Source: Smithellaceae bacterium (lineage in GTDB: Bacteria; Desulfobacterota; Syntrophia; Syntrophales; Smithellaceae). From it: a DNA stretch of 64,000 bases. Below, in pieces: positions 49,672 through 58,572 of this stretch. Where the stretch lies: NCBI GenBank assembly GCA_030690945.1, contig JAUYFM010000049.1, positions 8,088 to 72,087 of the forward strand, in the 5' to 3' direction. The position numbers were made by a program, and so were the translations under genes. The stretch's first letter is position 1; each line of letters starts with the position of its first letter. The notes under the pieces are model-generated. The model searched no databases, was not told the origin of the DNA, and saw only the letters and a list, made by a program, of their open reading frames with translations.

Positions 49672-50619
49672 ATGACACGAACACGAATCATCACATCCAG
49701 GACTCCGCCTCTGCCATCGGCCCAACGTCTTGACGGTTACTGCGCCGGTCGATTTACCTATCTGACAGAAGATCAATGGCAACAGGAGATTCTTGCCGGA
49801 AAGTTATCGCTTGATGGCTTGATAGCCACTGATTCCGCGACAATGCTGAAGGGCGGAGAATTGCTTGCCTGGGACGGCAGCGGAATCGTTGAACCGGATG
49901 TCGATGCAGGGATCACCATTCTCTACGAGGACGAATGGTTTGTTGCCGTCAATAAAACGGGAAATTTGCCGGTCCACCCTTCGGGACGGTATTTTAACAA
50001 TACACTGGTTGCCTTGCTTGATGATCACTACGGGCGCAAGGTTTATCCGGTGCACCGCATCGACCGTGAAACGTCGGGTGTCATCCTCCTGGCCTTCGAT
50101 GGAAAAAGTGCGGGCGTTCTGTCCGAATCGCTGGCGAAAGGATCAAAAGAGTATCTGGCTCTGGTGCATGGGAAATTCCCCAATGAAGAGATGGTCGTCG
50201 ATTTGCCCTTAGGACGTGATCGTGAATCCGCCGTAAGCAAGAAGCGCAGGGCGTGGACGGGTGGAACCGAAAAGGCTCTGACGCGATTCCGGAAAATCCT
50301 GACCGCGGGCGACGTTTCCCTGCTCCGGTGCTTCCCCGAAACGGGGAGGCTTCATCAGATACGCGTCCATTTGCTGGCCGCGGGTTATCCGGTTGTCGGC
50401 GATAAACTCTACGGTCGGGATGAAACCGCTTTTCTCACTTTTATCAAACAAGGACTAACCGCCGAACTGCAAGAGCGCCTGGTGCTGCCGCGCTCGGCAT
50501 TGCACGCCACCAGGCTGGTCTTTCTGCATCCGCAGACCCAAAAAGAAATGATCCTCCGCGCACCGCTCCCCAAGATGTTTGCCGATTTTATCCGTTCATT
50601 GCGAGCTCATCACCCATAA
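49672..50619 (+). CDS. RluA-family pseudouridine synthase
   Basis: VNKTGNLPVHP, HRIDRETSG, TGRLHQIRVH, GDKLYG. Confidence 0.95.
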   Translation: MTRTRIITSRTPPLPSAQRLDGYCAGRFTYLTEDQWQQEILAGKLSLDGLIATDSATMLKGGELLAWDGSGIVEPDVDAGITILYEDEWFVAVNKTGNLPVHPSGRYFNNTLVALLDDHYGRKVYPVHRIDRETSGVILLAFDGKSAGVLSESLAKGSKEYLALVHGKFPNEEMVVDLPLGRDRESAVSKKRRAWTGGTEKALTRFRKILTAGDVSLLRCFPETGRLHQIRVHLLAAGYPVVGDKLYGRDETAFLTFIKQGLTAELQERLVLPRSALHATRLVFLHPQTQKEMILRAPLPKMFADFIRSLRAHHP

Positions 50620-50628
50620 CCGACAATC

Positions 50629-50658
50629 CGTAGGGAACGGTCGCGACCGTTCCCTACG
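50629..50658. repeat. GTAG-type REP (minimal form)
   Basis: CGTAGGGAACGGTCGCGACCGTTCCCTACG, perfect palindrome. Confidence 0.85.
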
Positions 50659-50691
50659 CTTCGCACCCCAACAAGGGTTTCCATCTTCGCT

Positions 50692-50724
50692 CTCGCGCCA
50701 CCTCGTGTGACCTTCAGGTCATCA
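50692..50724. repeat. 33-bp dispersed repeat, copy 2 (inverted)
   Basis: CTCGCGCCACCTCGTGTGACCTTCAGGTCATCA; compare 29041-29073. Confidence 0.8.
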
Positions 50725-50729
50725 TGTGG

Positions 50730-51266
50730 TTAGATCCGCAAGGGGGTCGGCCTACTCTTAATATCCAGCATCGTGCCCCGGCAGCCGGAGGCGCCGCACA
50801 GGCAGGCATGTTCCTTTTTGACTTTAGGGGTTTTACGACCTTCGATGATGAGACTATAGTCATAAAAGAGTTCTTCGCCGGGGTCGATATCACGCAGGGC
50901 TTTGAGAAAGACGCGGTAACCGTCCTGAGAGGCTTCCAGATTCGGTTCGCAGGAGTGATTGATCCACTTGGCGGAGTTGCCATTATACTTGGCGTCGATG
51001 ACATGGCCTTCATCCAGGTGAAAGTAAAAAGTGTGGTTGGGTTGGCTGGGGTCGTGGGGGTGGCGGGCCTGGGCCTTGCGCCAGGTGATGATCTCGCCTT
51101 TGTATTCCAACACCCGGTCGCCGGCCTTGATGGGACGGAGAGCATAAACGCCCTTGCCGTGAACACCCGATTCGCGCACCTGTGTGCGACGGCCACCGGC
51201 TGGCTGGCCCCAACTGTAATGGGTCTTCCGGTCGGCGGGTTTGAATCTGTTTTTGGCTTGCGTCAT
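50730..51266 (-). CDS. SET-domain protein-lysine methyltransferase
   Basis: SGVHGKGVYA, WINHSCEPN, EELFYDY, post-SET CLCGASGCRG. Confidence 0.93.
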   Translation of the reverse strand: MTQAKNRFKPADRKTHYSWGQPAGGRRTQVRESGVHGKGVYALRPIKAGDRVLEYKGEIITWRKAQARHPHDPSQPNHTFYFHLDEGHVIDAKYNGNSAKWINHSCEPNLEASQDGYRVFLKALRDIDPGEELFYDYSLIIEGRKTPKVKKEHACLCGASGCRGTMLDIKSRPTPLRI

Positions 51267-51555
51267 TTAATCAAAACTTTCACAGACAACAGAGATTATC
51301 TTTTATTGATGGCCGTTTTATGCTAATATACCCGCCAACTGACTAAACAAGATCAGGATATTTCACAATCTTCCAAAAATCATCAGACGGCTAACTGTAA
51401 CACGCAAGCCCGGATAAGCAACTGATTTCTCTTTTGTACATGCAACAAAATGAAATTTATTAAGAACAACGATACCATGATTGCTTGATTAACATATTCA
51501 CGCAAAGTTCGTAACAAAAACCATTAACCACACTTTGATGGAACAGGAGGCGACT

Positions 51556-53058
51556 ATGAATATTGCAAAACTCAATGAAGACAGAGGCATTGAAAAACCG
51601 GATTTGATAAAAATCATTTACGAAGATCGGCAAATATCCAATAGGGAGATTGTCCGTGAGGGAAGAAAACTGGGCGCCGCCCTGAAGAATCTGGGGGTAA
51701 AGCGCGGCGACCGGATTATTGTGCAGGCGCCCAATTGCCCGGAAGTTTTATATGCTTTTTCCGCCGCCTGGAGGCTGGGCGCCGTGATCGTTCCCATCAA
51801 CCATATGATCGGCGAGGAAGAAACCGCTCACATCTATAAGGACTCCGGCGCAAAAATAGTCATCAGCAGCAAAATGTATCTGCCCAAAATCCGCGCCTGC
51901 CAGGCCAAGGCGCCTGATATGAAAACCGTCATTCTCATTGAAAATGAGGCGGTGGAAGGAACTTTCTCCTACCATTCGCTTGTGGACCAAAGCCCGGAAG
52001 ATCCGGCTATTGTGGACACGGGCGATGATGATATCGCCGCCCTGATTTACACCGCCGGCACCACCGGCAAGGCCAAGGGCGTCATTCACACCCACGGCAC
52101 GCTTTACGCAAACGCCGCCATGCAGCACCAGACTTTTCCACCCACGGACGGCATGACTTATATCAGCATTCTGCCGCTTTGCCATTCCTATGGCATTGCA
52201 TCGACCAACATGAGCCTGTTTCGATCTAACAGAAGCGTCCTGCTCAATTCCTTTGACCTGAATGTTATTTTTTCTTCGATTGAAAAGTATTCAGCCAACA
52301 TCCTGGCCGCCGTCCCGACCATGTACGTCTATATGCTGCTGTATCCGGAACCGAAGAAATTTAACTTAAGTTCCATGAAATACTGGGTTTCCGGTTCAGC
52401 GCCGCTGGCTGTGGAGACCTGGAACAAATTCAAGAATATGTATGGCTTTGAGATCATCGAAGGCTGGGGACTCACCGAAGCCGGCGCCAACAATTCCTGC
52501 AATCCCATGCATGGTTTAAAAAAGATCGGGTCCATAGGCCTTCCCATGGTCGGCACGGACATGCGCATTGTCGATGACTACGGGAAAGAGCTTCCCGCGG
52601 GCGAAAAAGGCGAAATTGTCATCCGCGGGCCTCAGATTATGAAAGGATACTGGAATCGGCCCGATGAAACAGCGCAGGCGATCCGCGACGGCTGGCTGCA
52701 CACGGGCGACGTCGGTTATGTTGACGGCGACGGCTATTTCTGGATCACGGACCGTAAAAAAGATCTGATCATTAAGGGCGGTGAAAACATTTCGCCGCGA
52801 ACCATTGAAGAAATTCTCTACACGTGCCCGTACGTGTCGGAAGCGGCGGTCATCGGCGTGAAGGATGAAAAATACGGCGAGGAGATCAAAGCCTTTGTCG
52901 TCCTGCATCCGGGTGAAAAAGCCACAGCCGACGATATTCTGGCTTTCAGCAAATCCAAGCTGACCAACTTCCTGCTACCCAAATATATCGTTTTTCTGGA
53001 AGCCATGCCCAAGAGCCTGGTCGGGAAAATATTGAAAACCGAGCTACGGAAGATGTGA
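51556..53058 (+). CDS. Long-chain fatty-acid--CoA ligase (AMP-forming)
   Basis: YTAGTTGKAKG, EGWGLTE, WLHTGD, DRKKDLII, GKILK; AGGAGG RBS before 51556. Confidence 0.93.
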   Translation: MNIAKLNEDRGIEKPDLIKIIYEDRQISNREIVREGRKLGAALKNLGVKRGDRIIVQAPNCPEVLYAFSAAWRLGAVIVPINHMIGEEETAHIYKDSGAKIVISSKMYLPKIRACQAKAPDMKTVILIENEAVEGTFSYHSLVDQSPEDPAIVDTGDDDIAALIYTAGTTGKAKGVIHTHGTLYANAAMQHQTFPPTDGMTYISILPLCHSYGIASTNMSLFRSNRSVLLNSFDLNVIFSSIEKYSANILAAVPTMYVYMLLYPEPKKFNLSSMKYWVSGSAPLAVETWNKFKNMYGFEIIEGWGLTEAGANNSCNPMHGLKKIGSIGLPMVGTDMRIVDDYGKELPAGEKGEIVIRGPQIMKGYWNRPDETAQAIRDGWLHTGDVGYVDGDGYFWITDRKKDLIIKGGENISPRTIEEILYTCPYVSEAAVIGVKDEKYGEEIKAFVVLHPGEKATADDILAFSKSKLTNFLLPKYIVFLEAMPKSLVGKILKTELRKM

Positions 53059-53071
53059 AGTGAAAGGTCAA

Positions 53072-53902
53072 TCAGATTTTTTCGTATCTCACTTTTTTGC
53101 GGCTGACGGTTCTGAGATACTTAACATTGGGATGCCCGAAGACCATCATAAAGATGACCGATTCACCCTCGCGAATCCCGACCCTTTGTTTTAATTCGGG
53201 TGACATAGCAAACGCAAATGTTCCAAAACCCATTAAGCAGGCGCCAAGGCCGAGCGCGTTAATCATCAGCTCCAGATGACCCGTATTGAAACAGCCGTCC
53301 ACCTCATTACAGGTACGGCTGACAATCAGCAGCGCGTTGGGTGCGCCATGGAACAATAAATCCCTCTTTGTTTTCTGATAAACCTGATGCCATTTAATCC
53401 AGGTGGATTGGAAATCCAGGTATTGATACGGCACCCGCATCGCTTTCTTATCGACATTTTTGACATCAAGCTCTGCCAAAGTTTTTAAAGCAATCGGCGT
53501 AATCTCCTGAAGCGTCTCTTTTGTCAGCACGATATAACGCAGAGGCTGAAAATTCGCGCCCGTTTGTGTGTATCTTCCCATCTCCAGTATGCCGGCAATA
53601 TCCGCATCGCTCACCGGGTCATCAGTAAACTGACGGACGCTTCGTCGGAATTTAACAAAATTCAGGAGCCGATCCGGCGTAATCCCGAACGTCTTCGGAT
53701 CGTCATATTCGAGGACCTCGGAAGGATCATAATCGCCAAGCAACGTGACGGCTTTCTGCTTGCATACCGCCGTGCAGTGTCCGCATTCCAGACACCATTT
53801 GCCGGGAACGGCCTTACCGTCTTTGACGGTAATAGAAAAGATATTACAGTCCGCCGCGCAGGTACCACATCCAATGCACTTCTCTCCATCAACTTTTACC
53901 AT
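53072..53902 (-). CDS. Nitroreductase with N-terminal 2x[4Fe-4S] domain
   Basis: CIGCGTCAADC, CLECGHCTAVC, FRRSVRQF, ALGLGAC. Confidence 0.9.
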   Translation of the reverse strand: MVKVDGEKCIGCGTCAADCNIFSITVKDGKAVPGKWCLECGHCTAVCKQKAVTLLGDYDPSEVLEYDDPKTFGITPDRLLNFVKFRRSVRQFTDDPVSDADIAGILEMGRYTQTGANFQPLRYIVLTKETLQEITPIALKTLAELDVKNVDKKAMRVPYQYLDFQSTWIKWHQVYQKTKRDLLFHGAPNALLIVSRTCNEVDGCFNTGHLELMINALGLGACLMGFGTFAFAMSPELKQRVGIREGESVIFMMVFGHPNVKYLRTVSRKKVRYEKI

Positions 53903-53966
53903 GATTATTCTCCACTAAGCCGTCGTTCAATAATAACTGTAACATTTTAATATCATAACCGGCATA

Positions 53967-54040
53967 AGGGGCCGTAACGTAATGGATAGAAATGTAACAG
54001 TCTTGCCACCCGCATGGGTGGCTATTTCTTAACGGCCCCC
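53967..54040. mobile_element. Short MITE-like element
   Basis: GGGGCCGT/ACGGCCCC termini flanked by TA(A); contains the GCCACCCGCATGGGTGGC hairpin also seen at 28485. Confidence 0.6.
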
Positions 54041-54122
54041 TAATATTTCAAGATAAGCCAGGAAGAGACTTGGCCCGTGCTTTCAACTTCATCGTAAGTC
54101 AAATGCAGACCCCCTTTTCCTT

Positions 54123-55577
54123 CTACGTCGCAGGAACCGCTGCTTTGTGTTTTTTATGGTAGCCCGCAAACTTGCTCAACGCCAGAGCCGCCCGCTGTAT
54201 CGAGGGGAAGACGGCAATCCCTGCCGCCGATAAATCCTTGGCTGCATCAAGGGCAAGCTTCCGCATCTCCGTGGAACTGTAGCTGTGCAGGATAACCGCC
54301 AGCGGTTTGTTCATCTCCTTTTTGATTTGACTGATTAGCTGGAGATACACGCCTATCATTAATTCCTTTTCCTGGATGGAAATCAGGCCGAAATGGTCAA
54401 ACGCCACGTGGATGACGAGCAGGTCCGCTTCTTCACTCTGGTCAAGTGTTTTCATTGTCTTGAAAAAATTTTCAGGACTTTCAAAATTGTTGAGGTCGAT
54501 GGGATTTTTAAAAATTCTGCCGGCTTCTGAAGAAAACAATTCAATCAGGCTTTGCCGCAGCTTGTCGCTTAACCTGGGGAGCACCAGTCCTGTGTGGGTA
54601 AATTCATCCGCCAGGAGAACACTGGCGCCTCCTCCAATGCCGATAATCACAATCTTGTTTCCCGTGGGAACCTGCATATGCTGAAAGGCCAGAGTGATGT
54701 CCATCATTTCTTCAATACTGCCGGCGCGAATGGCCCCTGCCTGCTTAAGCACGCCGTCCCATACTTGATCGGAACCGGCCAGAGCCGTTGTATGCGATAT
54801 CGCCGCCTCGGCCCCTGATGCGGATGTGCCAACTTTTAATATGATGGTTGGTTTGGTCTTTGCGGCTGTTTTCAGAGCTTTGAAAAATCGGGGGCCTTGT
54901 CTGACGCCTTCGATGTAGGCGGTAATAATTTTCGTTTCCTCATCCTGCGCCAGATATTCCAGGTAATCCGATTCGTTCAGATCGGCGCCATTCCCCATAC
55001 TGATGACCTTACTGAAAAACACGCCTCTGCTGTTGCCCTCCTGCACGCAGTGCGCGGCATTACCCCCGCTCTGAGAGATCATGGCGACCGAGCCGCTTAC
55101 CTTTTCAAAGTCGGCATTAAAAGAAAGGCCGCCCCCGGGGCAATAAAGGCCCAGGCAATTTGGTCCGATCACACGGATTCCGCCGGCTTTTGCTCTGGCC
55201 ATGATATCCGCCTGCAGACGTTTACCTTCAACATTTTCAATCTCACTGAAGCCCGAGGTAAAAAAATGGATAGCCCGGACACCTTTTTGGGCCGCATCGG
55301 CCACGAGTTGTGGCGTATAAGGGGCGGGAATGGCGGAAATAATAAAATCGACTTTATCCGGGATATCTTTCACGCTTTTATAGATGGTCATCCCCATGAT
55401 CTCGCCGCCGGTGGGATTCATCGGATAGACCTTTCCCTTGAATCCAAATTGCATCAGGCCTTCCAGGTACTTCAGGCCGGCATTGAATTGTTTGACCTTC
55501 TCCGACACACCGGCAATAGCGATTGTTTGGGGATGGAATAAGAAATCGAGATTTTCCGCAGTCTTCATGGCAAGCAT
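54123..55577 (-). CDS. ADP-forming acyl-CoA synthetase alpha subunit
   Basis: LFHPQTIAIAGVS, TSGFSE, IGPNCLG, SQSGG, SHTTALAG, NPID. Confidence 0.9.
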   Translation of the reverse strand: MLAMKTAENLDFLFHPQTIAIAGVSEKVKQFNAGLKYLEGLMQFGFKGKVYPMNPTGGEIMGMTIYKSVKDIPDKVDFIISAIPAPYTPQLVADAAQKGVRAIHFFTSGFSEIENVEGKRLQADIMARAKAGGIRVIGPNCLGLYCPGGGLSFNADFEKVSGSVAMISQSGGNAAHCVQEGNSRGVFFSKVISMGNGADLNESDYLEYLAQDEETKIITAYIEGVRQGPRFFKALKTAAKTKPTIILKVGTSASGAEAAISHTTALAGSDQVWDGVLKQAGAIRAGSIEEMMDITLAFQHMQVPTGNKIVIIGIGGGASVLLADEFTHTGLVLPRLSDKLRQSLIELFSSEAGRIFKNPIDLNNFESPENFFKTMKTLDQSEEADLLVIHVAFDHFGLISIQEKELMIGVYLQLISQIKKEMNKPLAVILHSYSSTEMRKLALDAAKDLSAAGIAVFPSIQRAALALSKFAGYHKKHKAAVPAT

Positions 55578-55729
55578 CCTTCCTTTTTAAAAGAAAATTC
55601 CGTTAACGATATAATGGCGATCGCTCTACTATCATTATTTGGTGATTAGGGACAGCTGCATAAGCTCCCTATTTTGAGTGATCAAACGTCAAGAGTAAAG
55701 ATTTGACCTCTATTACACTTTTGCTCCTC

Positions 55730-56722
55730 TCAAACCGGAACAAAATCGGATGGTCGAACCTCTTTGAGCTTTAAGGCTTCCGTCGGGCAGACGACTGTAC
55801 AAACACCGCATCCCAGGCACTTTTCAGGATCTACGGCGGCCAGATCATCCTTCATGGAAAGAGCGTCGAAAAAACATCGGTCCATACACACTTCGCATCC
55901 ACTGCAAAGATCGGCATGGACAAAAGCCTCGAAACGGCTGGGCGCCACCCATTTCTTTGGTCCCTTCATAATAGCCCAGTTCAGGCAGCAATCATTACAG
56001 CAATTGCAGATGACATGGCCTACGGTCTGGCGATTATCAACAACATGCACCAGCCCTTCCTCCCGGCACATTTTCAGAATTTCGACAGCTTCGCTTTTGG
56101 ACAACGCCCGTCCCGTACCACGATCGATATTGTATTCGGCAGCGCGATCGACCTGCATGCAAACTTCCAGCGGCTTTTTACAATCCCCGGAAATCACGCG
56201 GCAGGAACAATTTGTAACGGAAAGCGTCTTCGCATCCTCGATAATCTTGACGACATCGTCATAGGCAAGAATCTGTGATTGCGGTTCGACACTTTCATTG
56301 ACGGGGACAACCCGCATGATGGCACCAGGCAGGAAATCCATGATCATCTGACCGTAAGCCGGCCATTCGTTCTGCATATACTCTTTCCAGAGGTCCAGCA
56401 CCTGCCGGGAAATTCCCGGGGTCAGACTGGTGGAATCGTGCATTTGTGGAATTGATTTTACGCGATAGAATTTCTTTTCGCCGCCTTTTGTGGCTTTAAA
56501 GATCAACCCGCGGTGGAATAAGGAATCCATCATCGTCATGATTGCATCCCTGGACAATCCCGACTTTTCCGCTAATTCTTCTACAGTTGCCGGGGGGGTC
56601 GCCAAAAGCATGACCTTTGCCTCATCATCATTGACCAGGGCCTCAAAGATCTTTGGAACCAGCGGCGATTCTCCTGCCCCAACGGCTTGGGACAGTTTCT
56701 TACACAATGTCATGTCCACCAT
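55730..56722 (-). CDS. Fe-S protein (N-terminal HTH-like region, CxCR/CNCC motifs, C-terminal ferredoxin)
   Basis: CSCR, ICNCCNDCC, CSGCEVCMDRC, CLGCGVCTVVCP. Confidence 0.85.
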   Translation of the reverse strand: MVDMTLCKKLSQAVGAGESPLVPKIFEALVNDDEAKVMLLATPPATVEELAEKSGLSRDAIMTMMDSLFHRGLIFKATKGGEKKFYRVKSIPQMHDSTSLTPGISRQVLDLWKEYMQNEWPAYGQMIMDFLPGAIMRVVPVNESVEPQSQILAYDDVVKIIEDAKTLSVTNCSCRVISGDCKKPLEVCMQVDRAAEYNIDRGTGRALSKSEAVEILKMCREEGLVHVVDNRQTVGHVICNCCNDCCLNWAIMKGPKKWVAPSRFEAFVHADLCSGCEVCMDRCFFDALSMKDDLAAVDPEKCLGCGVCTVVCPTEALKLKEVRPSDFVPV

Positions 56723-56846
56723 AGTAACAGATCCTCCGTTTCAAAGAATTGTGGAAAGTATCGGGAAAAATATCTTTCATGTCAAGAACAAATAGGCGAT
56801 GACTTGACTCTTTTTTCCCCTTACTATTGATGAATAAAATCAAAAC

Positions 56847-57320
56847 TTACTTTTTCTTTTTAGATGGTTTCTGGGGGGTTATGCAAGCATTTTGATATAA
56901 TCGTTCTCCTCCGCTGTTGGGTATAATACTTTCCCATTCACTCTTGTTATATCTATAACGGTCCAACACTTTTCCGTTCTTGTCAAAATCGATAAACTCT
57001 TCCATCATGATCAGTCTATTCTTACAATCAATATTCCACAAAACAGTTTCGTGGTGATAGCTTTGGTATTTTATGGATTTCTCTAAATCATATTTCTTTA
57101 CTTCTTCAACCCTCTTTTCCCTGGTATCATCCGTCATAGTCTTATATGTCCAGACTAATAGAACGTTAGGTGATTTCGTGATAATTTTTTTATTGTAATA
57201 TGAATTATAGTTAAGAGGCGCCCAGATTTTAGGATTTGGTTGTTCTGCAAAACAGATGAATGGAAGCGAAACAATGATCATCATCAATGGTATGAACAGT
57301 AATTGGAATTTATTTTTCAT
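56847..57320 (-). CDS. Exported protein, surface-adhesin-E-like
   Basis: Signal peptide, VWTYK, IDCKNR, WESIIPNS...AC; AT-rich; start moved to 57320. Confidence 0.65.
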   Translation of the reverse strand: MKNKFQLLFIPLMMIIVSLPFICFAEQPNPKIWAPLNYNSYYNKKIITKSPNVLLVWTYKTMTDDTREKRVEEVKKYDLEKSIKYQSYHHETVLWNIDCKNRLIMMEEFIDFDKNGKVLDRYRYNKSEWESIIPNSGGERLYQNACITPQKPSKKKK

Positions 57321-57370
57321 AAGTCCTTTTTTACAATGAGAATGCCCCCCCCAAAAAAATCCAAAATCAT

Positions 57371-57718
57371 TTAGGATATCGGGGACGCCCTTTGCACACG
57401 GTTGCGGCGCTCTGAGTATCGGCATAGATTAGCAGCGGCTTTGACCATTGCGTCCAAAGTGGCATACACGGGAAAGCCCCTCGCGGTGAAAGTTCTTTTG
57501 AGAAGAAGATTGTAATGCCTGTCTTTCTCATCTTCCAGAATGCCCGGGTAGCATTTTTTGCCCAGCAGTTCCGTATATTTGGGGTTCACGAGATACAGGT
57601 GTTCCCTCATTTTTGTTTTCATGTGCGCCTGCGTTGCCAGGTCAAAAGGAGATGCCCCGATAATCGCTACGGCGCGAGGATTAAATATGTAGTCAAACAC
57701 ATTGGCTCCTGTTTCCAT
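57371..57718 (-). pseudogene. Internally deleted acyl-CoA synthetase alpha subunit
   Basis: GGAGG RBS; N-terminus IFNPRAVAIIGAS...LVNPK...CYPGIL joined directly to the C-terminal GFPVYATLDAMVKA; only 115 aa against about 460 in paralogs. Confidence 0.8.
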
Positions 57719-57894
57719 GTGACCTCCTGAAGGAACGTAGATGCGATTTTTCATATCACAAGTCACTGAACAACCGTAGGATAAAAACAGCCCTCGGCAT
57801 TATTCAAATACTGTAGAATCCTGACTTAATATGTGGTACAAATTTCACAGGAGGCAAGTTAGAGCTTGCCGTATTGAGTAAGTGGGGAAAAGAC

Positions 57895-58572
57895 ATGATC
57901 CGAGCCGTATTGATTGCTGTGATACTCAGTGTTTCTGCGACGGTTGGCGCACAACTGCCCCCGTCCGCTCTCGATGTCTCCACCCGACCCATTGACCGTA
58001 TCATCAAGACGCCGAAGACAGCCGAATGGGAAGGAGAGTGGGTGTCCGTTTCCTCACAGATCGATTATCTGGACCGGCTGGGGGTCTTTCAAAAGGCAGC
58101 GTCAGCAGCAAAAGGGCCTGCCGCTGACGATATCAGGCGGGCATTTCTGAGGCGATTCAGCTCGGAGATGGGAAGGGTCAGAATTGCCGCGGGACGCTTT
58201 ACATTTCTTTCGCCTGACGGTTCAATCGTTATCGGCACCGCGCAATACGCCTATACCGGATTTGTGGAAAAGATGAGCGAGGGCCGGGAAATTCAGTGGC
58301 ACAGGTTCATCCTCACCGGCGGTTTTAATAAGTATCCTGTACTGGTCTGTTCAGAACCGTATGGCGTATTGGGCCAATGGATGATTGTTCATGGCGATTC
58401 AGTCGTCGGGATGAAAGCCGGACGCTACGATTCGATGGAAGAGCAGGCCATGATGCTTCCCGCCGATCTCTCTGCCGAGGCCCTGGGCAGCGTCCTGGAC
58501 ACGCCCGAGTTTGTATCCTTCCTCCTGTCGCTGCCGATCTCGAAAAAGAACGAAGGGAGGGGGGGACCGTGA
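57895..58572 (+). CDS. Exported ZinT/AdcA-like protein
   Basis: Signal peptide; WEGEWVSV and YAYTG resemble the ZinT barrel; His-poor. Confidence 0.55.
   Translation: MIRAVLIAVILSVSATVGAQLPPSALDVSTRPIDRIIKTPKTAEWEGEWVSVSSQIDYLDRLGVFQKAASAAKGPAADDIRRAFLRRFSSEMGRVRIAAGRFTFLSPDGSIVIGTAQYAYTGFVEKMSEGREIQWHRFILTGGFNKYPVLVCSEPYGVLGQWMIVHGDSVVGMKAGRYDSMEEQAMMLPADLSAEALGSVLDTPEFVSFLLSLPISKKNEGRGGP

Noticed and set aside
50724-51326. 200-aa plus-strand ORF and 160-aa alternative minus frame over the SET gene
   Set aside because: The SET frame carries all family motifs; the others are by-products of GC-rich codons
58377-58568. N-terminal extension of the 708-aa ORF
   Set aside because: Overlaps the upstream gene by about 195 bp; GTG 58569 has a purine-rich RBS and is followed by a signal peptide
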